DNA of 64,000 nt, taken from contig NC_043010.1 of NCBI RefSeq assembly GCF_006345805.1, positions 34,162,001-34,226,000 of the forward strand, given 5' to 3'. Positions within the stretch are counted from its first letter, which is position 1, and each line of letters opens with the position of its first letter. Under the pieces are notes generated by a model. The model saw nothing but the letters and a program-made list of their open reading frames with translations, did not search any database and was not told where the DNA came from. A program made the position numbers and the translations under genes. Shown here one piece after another: positions 52,721-63,443 of this stretch. The DNA comes from Octopus sinensis. Lineage: Eukaryota.

Positions 52721-53117
52721 GGCTGTATGGTAAGTAGCTTGCTTACCAACCACATGATTCTAGATTCATCCCATTGCGTGGCACCTTGGGCAAGTGCCTT
52801 CTACTATAGCCTCAGGCTGACCAAAGCCTTGTGAGTGGATTAGGTAGATGGAAACTGAAAGAAGCCTGTCACATATATGTGTGTGTGTGTGTGTGTGTGT
52901 ATGTTTGTGTGTCTGTATTTGTCCCCTCACCATCGCTTGACAACCGATCCTGGTGTGTTTACATCTTCGTAACTTAGCGGCTCAGCAAAAGAGACCGATA
53001 GAACAAGTAAGCACTAGGCTTACAAAGAATAAGTCCTAGGGTCGATTTGCTTGACTAAAGGCTGTGCTCCAGCATGGCTGCTGCCAAATGACTGAAATAA
53101 GTAAAACAATGAAAGAA
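52721..53117 (+). mobile_element. SINE family A
   Basis: ggctgtatggtaagtagc head through the actgaaataagtaaaac tail. Confidence 0.9.
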
Positions 53118-54459
53118 TATACTTGACCTATGCATATTTTTTTTTTACCCGTGTTTGTATTTCACAAACGCAATAGAATGAAAAAAGTATGTATTACATA
53201 TGAAATGTATGTAACGCTAAAGTATTGAAAGAATGCAATCGAGCGAGAAAAAATAATTATAAATACCATTAGAGTGTTACTAATGCAATTTTACAAGAGA
53301 AGTGTCAAGTAGATTAGATAATACCGTAATTCTGAATAATTATCCCAATCTTAGTTTTATAATGTTTAAAAGTCTTTAGAATGTTAGCGTTACAATTAAT
53401 TACTCTTCATTCCTTTTTTCTTTATTGAATAAAGTTTCATCAGTTTAAGCCTCACTAGTGCACAACCGAAATTCACATCTTTCACTTCCATAAAGATTCA
53501 CTGCATTAGTAATGCTCCATTCGAATTTAAAATAATGACTTTAGACTTTAAACTCCATATGTATTCGATTAGTGTTGTCGAATGCATTAATCTAGAATTA
53601 AAGAAAGAATGCTTCTGCGCAGAATACTTAATTTTGAAATAATTCTAATCAGAACTTATATAATGTAATTTATTATGGGCCAAAACATTACAGCTATATA
53701 ACTATGTTTTTCCTGAGATAGTATTAGCAAAAGGACATTCACTAGTGATTCTGATGGTGCAGAATGACAAGTGAATTTCTTATTAGTTTGTCTGTGATAA
53801 TTGGTATTGTATAAAATATGAATGCAGTGGCCAAGCCCTTTTGTGCAGTGACTGGGTCGATAGAAGCTATGTTATTTACATGTTTGCATTATTACCACTA
53901 TTAATAATATTATTACAAGCAATGATAGTCTTGCTATTTTTGTTCGCAGTGTGAATAAGCCACCATTATAGACGCAGTATTAGAATCAATCATCTCCATA
54001 TTAAGGTGACTTCCAAACTTATAAGCAGGATTGCTGCTAAAAACTTTTATTCATTCAAGATAAGGTTTTAGTACTGCCTTTTTTTTTCCCACAACAATTA
54101 TTAATGCCTAGATTAAGCTCATTGTGATCAAAAGCAGCAATATTATCAGCTGAGTCAGGAGTAGTAGAATATGATAGTTTAACAGTATTGGTGTCAAAAA
54201 TCTAATGGTATCTATGTTGTGGTGGGGTAATTTTTCTTAAGTATTTCAAAAAGTACTTTGGATATGTAAGATTTAACCTGTAAAGGAATGGCGGGTTATA
54301 CCATGTAACAATTTTTTCTAGTTTTCCTAATACAAATTTTCTTCCAGTTGCTTTTGTTAGTGTTCATTACTGACTCTAAAATTAGTGTGGTCCTTAGAAG
54401 TATGTTTAGTACTATCGTTTTCTTTATCCTCGAAATTTACCCTGCATTCGCTGATTTTT

Positions 54460-54653
54460 TTTCTTTTAGTTGTTTCAGTTATTAGACTGCTGTCATGCTG
54501 GAGCACTGCCTTGAGGAATTTTAGTTGAATGAATCGACCCCAGTACTTATTGTTTTTTTTTTTAGCCTAGTACTTAGTCTATTGGACTCTTTTTGCTAAA
54601 CTGCTAAGTTATGGGGGCATAACCTCACCAACATCGGTGGGGGAACAAACAGA

Positions 54654-54697
<44 letters not shown>

Positions 54698-55355
54698 ACA
54701 GGTTTTGGCTTCTTTCAGTTTCCGTCTACCAGATCCACTCACAAGGATTTGGTTACTACGAGGCTACAGTAGAAGACACTTGCCCAAGGTGCCACAATAT
54801 TATTAGCAGAGATAGGCAATTATGTGACAGAGATTTTCTATTTTTGCCGAACCGCTAAGTTTAGACTCTTTCTGCTGAACTGCTAACTTACGGGGACATA
54901 ACCTCACCAACATCGGTGGGGGAACAAACAGAAACACACACACACACACACACACATACATACACACACAATAGGCTTCGGCTTCTTTCAGTTTCCATCT
55001 ACCAAATCCGCTCACAAGGCTTTGGTTGCTCCGAGACTACAGTAGAAGACACTTGCCCAAGGTGTCACAATATTATAATTAGACAGAGATAGGCGCTTAT
55101 TTGACAGAGATTTTCTATTTTTGCCGAACCACTAAGTTCAGATTCTTTTTGCTAATGTGCTAAGTTATGGGGACATAACCTCACCAACATCGGTGGGGAC
55201 AAGCAGAAACACACACACACACACAACATGTTTCAGCTTCTTTCAGTTTCCATCACAAGGATTTGGTTGCTCTGAGGCTACAGTAGAAGACACTTGCCCA
55301 AGGTGCCACAATATTATTATTAGCCAGAGATAGGCTATTATTTGACATAGATTTG
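54460..55355 (-). repeat. Three tandem units of headless SINE A plus flanking DNA
   Basis: gacacttgcccaaggtg(c/t)cacaatatta..cagagataggc recurs at about 54775, 55048 and 55289 (periods 273 and 241 bp). Confidence 0.85.
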
Positions 55356-55687
55356 CTATTACTATTATCAGTGCTAGATGTGTCATCTTCAGCTAGATTA
55401 TTGGTAGAGTTTTTACACATAGTCTTATTTGTAGTTCTATTTACAGTAGTTTCAGGGTTAAGTGTGACTAATGTTTTCTTCTTCAAACTGTTTATTTATT
55501 TTTCATTTATTTATTTTTGCATCATTACTCCTCCACAAGGTTTCATTAAAAAAAATGTTTATTGTCAGTTTTACTTGTGTTTTTCTGTTGTTATTTAATC
55601 ATTCTATGTGTTCTATAGTTGTTACAGCCTGTGCACCTGCATTTTGTATGACTGTAGATACAGTAACCTGAATACACTTTTTGGGTG

Positions 55688-55688
<1 letters not shown>

Positions 55689-55744
<56 letters not shown>

Positions 55745-55839
55745 CAATTTCTCTGAATTTTCAGATTTTTCTATATGCTAGGCTACTGGTTTTAAATTGA
55801 TGTTAATTAAATTAATATTCAATTTATCACCCACATTAT

Positions 55840-55889
<50 letters not shown>

Positions 55890-55944
55890 GATGATGATGA
55901 TGATATATATATATATATATATATATTATTATATATATAATATA

Positions 55945-55996
<52 letters not shown>
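55689..55996. repeat. (TA)n tracts with an embedded cgatgatgatgatgat remnant
   Basis: Seen directly. Confidence 0.9.
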
Positions 55997-56000
<4 letters not shown>

Positions 56001-56477
56001 GTGTAATAGACCGTATGGAGTTCTAAATAATGGTTGTATGTCAGACCTTATAGAAGTGTATTAATAGCAAATAATTATATATATGTGTGTGTATGTGTAT
56101 GTACATATAAGTGTAAAAATGCATGTGTGCACATACACATAATACAAATACATATATGCATAATACCTATGAGTGTGCATGTGTGTGAGTGTTTGTGTGT
56201 GTGCGTGCATGTGCTTATGTCTATTTGTAGAAAACATTTAAAATGGTAAACATTTTTGCCTTTATGTAGGATAGGCATTTTTGTCTTTATGCAGTGGCAT
56301 TCATTTCGGGACTTGTAAAGCTTTTCAGGCTAAAGTTTGGTGCGAGTTTCTCTGAGCTTTGACAGGGTCCAATGGATACGAAACATTTTGGCAGAGCCCT
56401 TTTAGTGTTGCCTGTTTGGCATCGCTGACATGACGCCAACTTACACGATCAGGCATTTTAATGGTTCTTTCTTTCTT

Positions 56478-56522
<45 letters not shown>

Positions 56523-56849
56523 GTATATATGCATGTGTATGTGTGAGCATAGTTCTCTTTATGTGTATAGGACGAGGAAATTTGTTTACGACAATTGGGT
56601 TCAATTAATAAATTATAATGACTCTCCCACACTACTCTCTCACTCTCTGAATGTGTATATTTCTGCGCTTGCACATATATATGTGTGTATGTGTGTGTTT
56701 GTGTGAGTGTGTGTGTGTGTGTATCCAGTGCCAAAATGTACTGTCTCCAAAACATGTTGGATGTCCATGTAGCCATGCAAAAGTGCCTGCACCCAAATAA
56801 CCATGCCCGATCGTCTTATTCCAAGATCCAATAATTCCTAAGCATTTGT

Positions 56850-57037
56850 GACTGTGCATGCAGCTGGTTGTAACTTAGTTGTTCAGCAAAAGTGAATGAC
56901 AGGATGAGTACAAGACTAAAAAAAAAAAAAGTACGGAGGTGGGGGGGGCGATCTGTTTGACTAAAACCCATCAAGGCGGGACCCACCCACTATGGCCGCA
57001 GACCAATGACTGAAACAAGCGAAATACAAAAGATAAA
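56850..57037 (+). mobile_element. SINE family A 3' half
   Basis: taacttagttgttcagcaaaag..tatggccgcagaccaatgactgaaacaag. Confidence 0.7.
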
Positions 57038-57043
57038 AGTTGA

Positions 57044-57436
57044 TTTCTGTGCCAGTGGCACATAAAAAGCACCATCCGAACGTGGCCGATGCCAGCGCCG
57101 CCTCGACTGGCTTCTGTGCCGGTGGCACATAAAAAGCACCATCCGAACGTGGCCGATGCCAGCGCCGCCTTGGCTGGCTTCCGTGCCGGTGGCACGTTAA
57201 AAGCACCAACCAATCGTGGACAATGCCAGACTCCCCTGGCACCTGTGCAGGTGGCACATAAAAAGCACCCACTACACTCGCGGAGTGGTTGGCGTTAGGA
57301 AGGGCATCCAGCTGTAGAAACACTGCCAGATCAGACTGGAGCCTGGTGCAGCCCCTGGCTTCCCAGACCCCGGTCGAACCATCCAACCCATGCTAGCGTG
57401 GAAAACGGACGTTAAACGATGATGATGATGATGATG
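57044..57436 (+). mobile_element. Young SINE family B with ~67-bp internal tandem units
   Basis: Units start at 57045, 57112, 57179 and ~57243; ggttggcgttaggaagggcatcc core; cggacgttaaac(GAT)n tail. Confidence 0.92.
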
Positions 57437-57519
57437 AAAAGTTGATAAGATAATCAAAAAAGGAATTTTCAATTGGTTACTTATTTTATTGTATATATCC
57501 TGCAGTTGATAACCACTTA

Positions 57520-58040
57520 CCATAAATCCTCAAGTATAATCCGCATTTTTCCCCCAAAATTTAAAGGTCAAAATCCCCAGTGCGTACTATATACGAGGTT
57601 AAAATGAAAAATATTTTCTAAGCAATGTCTGAGTCTCTATTTGCTGTCTGGCTATGTTTATTCAGATGCATTTTGTGATGTTGGGTGCGAAAATACCTTA
57701 AGCTAAGCCTGAAAGCAATGAAGTCATAAAAGGATCATCCATAACTTGCAGTAATCAACATTTATTAAACGTTATTACTGTTATTACTGTTATTTCTTTA
57801 TTTTTCTGCAAACAAAATGCCCCCAAAAGCTTCACGTTTGCATTATGTTATATATACAATAATAATAAAGGATGTTAACGCATTCATTTTTACAAACCAA
57901 GGACATTATACAGACCTTCTTGACTCAAGTTAAAGAAGGGGTGCGTATTATACACAAGGTTTAGGTTTTTCAGAGGTACAGCCCCCTAAAAATCCCCTGC
58001 ATATTATACTCAAGGGCAGACTATACTTGAGGATTTACGG
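57520..58040. mobile_element. Tc2/pogo-type MITE (TA TSD)
   Basis: TA|CCATAAATCCTCAAGTATA ... TATACTTGAGGATTTACGG|TA (19-bp TIR, 1 mismatch); subterminal gtgcgtattatac repeats. Confidence 0.88.
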
Positions 58041-58109
58041 TATCTTCCAGATACAAATTAACTGCCTATATGTATTCATTCTTTGCTCCACAGATTAAAG
58101 CCTTAGTAT

Positions 58110-58312
58110 CTTAGTATTTATACCAGCCATATCCGGCCCAAATATTCTACCTATTTATGTTGAAACCAGTCAGTTAGGTTGGCCTCTTACACCAACCTAA
58201 CATCATTCTAAAAATAAACAACTATATCATCAAAGTCTCAAAGCTATGATTAATTCAAAACAATGTGAATAAGCACTACATTTGACAGAATAATCTGAAC
58301 GGTTAAGGGTTA
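58110..58312. mobile_element. ~210-bp TTAA MITE, copy 3
   Basis: ccagccatatccggcccaaatattct..aagggTTAA; homologous to 5047 and 11577. Confidence 0.7.
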
Positions 58313-58884
58313 AAACTTTTAACTCCCTCTGTAGTTCAGTTACTGTATAATGGCAATCTTCTTGACGCATGAGTGTTGGATTGATTCCAGTTCAGTAGTA
58401 TATTTGACATTTATGAAAAGATTATAGCTGGGAGCAGGACCAACATGACATAACATTGTCCTATTCTTTTTCTTCTAAATGCTCTCAGAATCTATCCACA
58501 CACATAATTCTCTTTTATAGGCAAGGTATATTCTTATAAAATATATTACACAATATACATGTGTTGCATATATATATATAAATATATATATATTAATATT
58601 ATTCAATCCATGAAAAAAATCTCAAAACAAACAACAGCTGTATATATGAGTGTGTCTTCGCGTACGGACACTGGTATTCCTTTATAAATGATAGACATGG
58701 ATGCAGCTATTACACCCACCCACCCACGTGCACACACTTATGTGTGTGTGTGTGCACATATATATGCATATATGTATATACAAAAGCATATATGTATGTA
58801 TAGATAAATATAGAGACAGAGGGAGAGAGAGAGAATGAGAGGTAGAGAGAGCGAATGAGAGAGAGAGAGAGATAGATAGATAGT

Positions 58885-58917
<33 letters not shown>

Positions 58918-59652
58918 AAATGTACACACATGCTCACAGACAGACACAAATTACATGAATACATACATAAATGATGTCTGCAACTCGACTGAGAAATGTT
59001 ATCGCTTGATTGTTCTCTTAAAGCAATACATATGTTGTTTTTCAGTTCTGCTCAGGACCTACACTCTTTTGTATGGATGTGGCAACAATGGGCGCCTCTT
59101 ACAGTAGGTGTTCAGAAAGTTACCATCCTCATTGACACATGCCTTCATTTCATCATGGAATTTTTCATAGAGTGTTTTGTCTTTTTTTCTGGTATGGCCA
59201 GCCATAATATTTAACACATAATAGAGATCTTAAAAATCAAGTGAGGGCTGTGTTTGACACTTTTTAAAGTGAGGAAAGGTTTTGCACTGAGCTAATATCG
59301 CTCTCTGAGCAATAAATGTATTTGCCCATCACCTATCAAAAGAAAAACTAGCCTATATCATTGGATGGATGCAAACGAAGACGCAAGTGTTACATCATAG
59401 TTTTCTTTCTCCTAGAACGATGGATGATGCCTAAACAAAGACCAGGGATATCACACTCCAGCAGTTGGATGGTCGTTGACGCTGCTGAATTCATCCGCTC
59501 TTTGACAGGTTTTGTTTCTCATCATGAGGGGTATCCAATCAAAAATCACTCTCCTTACTAAGCAGGGATGTCGCTTTAGACATTAGTTTAGGTTTGACTA
59601 TACAACAGATTGCACTGGATTACACTTTACCAGTAGCACTAAGAGTGATCTG

Positions 59653-59720
59653 ACATACATACATACATACATACATACATACATACATACATACATACAT
59701 ACATACATACATACATACAT
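59653..59720. repeat. (CATA)n microsatellite
   Basis: Perfect tetranucleotide array. Confidence 0.95.
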
Positions 59721-60103
59721 AACCTGCAAATATAAATATCACTTTGAAAATCAAAGAGAAAGAGGATATCTATGGACAACTGCTTTGAAACTTCCAGCTT
59801 CTATATCCAGACTATGAATTCATATTCATACCAATTATAATTGGAGCACTAGGTTTTGTTAGTAAATGCTTAAAGGAGAATCTGGATAAACTGGGATTTT
59901 CAGAAAGAGAAAGTGACCAGTTGATTCGTACATTATAAGTCCAATCTGTGAGTGGAACAGTAAAAATATGCAAGACTTTTCTCAAGTTCCAAACGTTAAT
60001 TCACCTGTGTTAACTACATTCCAAAGATGGCGCCTCATATCTTTGTTGGAAACCAGCTCCCTTCTCAGTGGAAAATTTATAATAATTAAAAAAATAGAAG
60101 AGA
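59721..60103 (+). mobile_element. 5'-truncated R4/Dong-clade non-LTR retrotransposon (RLE C-terminus and 3' UTR) inserted in (CATA)n
   Basis: One frame from 59723 reads PANINITLKIKEKEDIYGQLL*NFQLLYPDYEFIFIPIIIGALG..VSGTVKICKTFLKF; (CATA)n on both sides. Confidence 0.85.
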
Positions 60104-60154
60104 TATACATACATACATGCATCTAGGTTAGAAACCAGCTCTATCTCTATTCGT

Positions 60155-60482
60155 TTACTCTTTTACTTGTTTCAGTCATTTGACTATGGCCATGCTGGAG
60201 CACCGCTGTTAGTCGAGGAAATCAACCCCAGGACTTATTCTTTGTAAGCCTAGTACTTATTCTATCGGTCTCTTTTGCGGAACCGCCATCGGTTGTCAAG
60301 CGATGTTTTTTTTTGGGGGGGGAACAAGCACAAACACACACACATATATATACATGTTCATATATATGATGTAGATTTGGTCGACCCGAGGCTATAGTAG
60401 AAGGCACTTGCCCAAGGTGCCATGCAGTGGGACTGAACACGGAACTATGTGGTTGGTAAGCAAGCTACTTATCACACAGCCA
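60155..60482 (-). mobile_element. SINE family A
   Basis: tttactcttttacttgtttcagtc tail; gggactgaacacggaac..cacacagcc head. Confidence 0.88.
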
Positions 60483-61290
60483 CAAAGATACTATATACAT
60501 AAATACAAACACACATACACATACACATATATATATATGTACATCCATACATACGTACATACATATATACATGCACACAAAAAAATTCTTGCACATACAA
60601 ACACACATGAATACACACATTCATACTTACACACACACATGTATACACACATTCATACTTACACACACACATACACATATACATACACACATACATACAT
60701 ACATACATACATACATACATACATACATACAAACATACATACATACATACATACATACATACATACATACATACATACATACATACATGTATTAAAGATC
60801 CAAATTCTGATGATGTCAACTATGGTATTTACCAAGGAATCCGTCACTATTAAAAAACAAACAAATAAACCAAAAACTAAAGAAAGAAAAATAATAAAAG
60901 AAGGAAAGGACAACATCCATATTATGAATGATAGCTATAATTGCGTATGTGAGAGTTGTTTAAAAATACACTTATCAATGAAAAAAAATAGCTTTCCATA
61001 TTCTGTGAGATTTTTGCAACTTGATGGATACTGTAATGTTCTTTTATGTATATTATCAGGAAGCCTGAGTTGGTTATCCATGCCAGTGTGAGTGTGCACG
61101 TGTGTGTGATTATGTGTGTGCTTGTGCATGTGTGTGTGTATGTGTTTGAGTGTCTGTATGTATGCGTGTGTATGTTGCGAGTGTATGTGCATATCTATGT
61201 ATGCTTGTATGTATTAATGTGTGTGTATACAGACAGACAAACAGACACAGACATACACACACACACACACATATAACATGTATAGTTTGC

Positions 61291-61683
61291 GCAGATGTGG
61301 CTGTGTAGTAAGAAAGTTTATCCCCAACCACATGGTACCGGGTTCAGTCCTACTATGTGGCACCTTGAGCAAGTGTCTTCTACTATATCCTCGGGCCGAC
61401 CAAAGCACTGTGAGTATGTGTGTTTGTGTGTATGCATATTCTAAAGATTCTTCAAGGCGATGCTCCAGCATGGCCACAGTCTAATGATTGAAAGAAGTAA
61501 AAGATAAAAAATATATGTATACATACAGGCGCAGGCATGGCTGTGTAGTAGGAAGCTTCCTTCCCAACCACATGGTTCCGAGTTCAGTGTGGAACCTTGG
61601 GCAAGTGTTTTCTACTATTTTCTTGGGCCGACCAATGCCTTGTGAATGGATTTGATATAGAGAAACTGAAAGAAACTCGTCAT
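61291..61683 (+). mobile_element. Two adjacent SINE family A copies (61291-61505, 61527-61683)
   Basis: Two tRNA heads: gtggctgtgtagtaagaaag and ggcgcaggcatggctgtgtag. Confidence 0.8.
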
Positions 61684-61687
61684 GTAT

Positions 61688-62447
61688 ATCATCATCATCA
61701 TCATCATCATTTTATGTCCGCTTTCCATGCTGGCATGGGTTGGACGATTTGACTGAGGACTGGTGAGCCACAGGCTGCACCAGGCTCAATCTGATCTGGC
61801 AAAGTTTCTACAGCTGGATGCTCTTTCTAATGCTAACTACTCCGAGAGTGTAGTGGGTGCTTTTACATGCCACTGGCATGAGGGCAAGTCAGGCGGTTCT
61901 GGCAACGACCACGCTCAAAAGGTGTTTTTTATGTGCTACCTGCATGGGGACTAGTCTGGTGGCACTGGCAATTACCATGCTCGAATGTTGTTTTTCACAT
62001 GCCACCAGTACATGTGCCAGTAAAGCAACACTGGCAACAATCATGCTTTAATGTTGCTTTTTACTTGTCACCTGTAAGGGAGCCAATCTGTGGCCCTGGC
62101 AACGATCACACTTGGATGTGCTTTTAATGTTCCACTTGCATGAGTGCCAATCAGGCGGTACTGTCATTGGCCACGTCAGCAATTTTGATTTTTTTACACT
62201 TGTCTCAATAGGTCTTTGCAAGCAAAGTTCATTGTCCAATGAATGAGGGGTACTCATAAGTGGGCCGGTTACATCCCACATTCGGATGTGCTTTTAATGC
62301 TCCACTGGCACAAGTGCCAATCAGTCGGTACTATCATCAGCCACATCAGCAATTTTGATTTTGATTTCACTTGCCTCAATAGGTCTTCACAAGCAAGGTT
62401 TATGAACCAATGAAAGAGGGGTATTCATAAATGGGCTGGTTACACCC
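61688..62447 (-). mobile_element. Long SINE family B with many internal units and a ~170-bp duplicated 5' segment
   Basis: (CAT)n tail at 61688; repeated gtgcttttta(c/a)atgccac units; 62110-62280 duplicated at 62281-62447. Confidence 0.85.
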
Positions 62448-62480
62448 ATATCTATATATCTATATTTTTCTATATCTATA

Positions 62481-62517
<37 letters not shown>

Positions 62518-62520
<3 letters not shown>

Positions 62521-62729
62521 GGTCCCGGGTTGAGTCGGGGTTAACCACAGTTAATAAGGTACTCAATACATAGCAGACTAAATTAATTTATTTTATAGAA
62601 GGAGCTTCTACAGGACTAGAACTGTTTCATTCAAATGAAATCTTCAGGAAGCTCATGAAAGAGCTTCCTGAAGATTTCATTTGAATGAAACAGTTCTAGT
62701 CCTGTAGAAGCTCCTTCTATAAAATAAAT
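62518..62729. mobile_element. Short Penelope-pLTR-like element in (TA)n forming a perfect palindrome
   Basis: Arms 62586-62654 and 62661-62729 are 69-bp perfect inverted repeats with a 6-nt spacer; (TA)n on both flanks. Confidence 0.7.
62661..62713 (+). ncRNA. Type I hammerhead ribozyme motif (mirror copy on the minus strand at 62602-62654)
   Basis: GAGCTTC-CTGAAGA-tTTCAttTGAAt-GAAA-CAG ttctagtc CTGT-A-GAAGCTC: 7-bp helix I, 4-bp helix III, GUA triplet. Confidence 0.7.
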
Positions 62730-62735
62730 ATATAT

Positions 62736-62774
<39 letters not shown>

Positions 62775-63153
62775 GGATATATATATGGTACCCCACCATG
62801 CCTGCACTGAAATATGTTGAAGATAGATAGATAGATAGATAGATATACAGACAGATAGATGCAGGACATCATAGAAAGAATGGAGAATTATATATATTTT
62901 CAAAACTTTTTTTATCGCAGTACTATTCACATTACATTCATGTTAGATTTCAATCTCAACACGTGTTTCTTTTGCATAAGTGTCCTAATGTACTTTGATG
63001 TAGGATTTATGTGCATTCAGTTGGTTCAGTTGTAGTATATATTCACCCATTGTAGACGCATCTATGCAGCTTTATTCAAGGTTTTGACTATGCGGGTGGT
63101 TGTATACATGCATTATATATATGTGTGTGTGTGTGTGTGTGTAAGTATATATA

Positions 63154-63443
63154 TCATCCGAAGGTGGCCGATGCCATCACCACCTTGGCTGGCTTCTGTG
63201 TTGGTGGCATGTAAAAAGCACCAACCAATCGTGGCTGTTGTCAGCCTCCTCTGTGCCGGTGGCATGTAAAAAGCACCCACAACACTCACGAAGTGGTTGG
63301 CGTTAGGAAGGGCTTCCAGCTGTAGAAACACTGCCAGATCAGCCTGGTGCAGCCTTCTGGCTTCCCAGACCCTAGTCAAACCGTCCAACCCATGCTAGCA
63401 TGGAAAACGGACGTTAAATGAGGATGATGATGATGATGATGAT
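63154..63443 (+). mobile_element. SINE family B
   Basis: Two gtggcatgtaaaaagcacc units, core and (GAT)n tail. Confidence 0.9.

Noticed and set aside
55253-55486. Asn/Ser/Thr-rich 77-aa ORF
   Set aside because: Low complexity, runs into a SINE, no recognisable homology
57045-57270. Regular repeats resembling a CRISPR array
   Set aside because: Intervening sequences are homologous, the array is inside a SINE, the context is eukaryotic and there are no cas genes
59030-59510. Two good plus-strand splice acceptors (about 59044 and 59415)
   Set aside because: No convincing donors or meaningful reading frame; cannot call exons without RNA data
60408-61091. Longest ORF (227 aa)
   Set aside because: Antisense SINE head plus (TACA)n translated as HTYI repeats; not a gene
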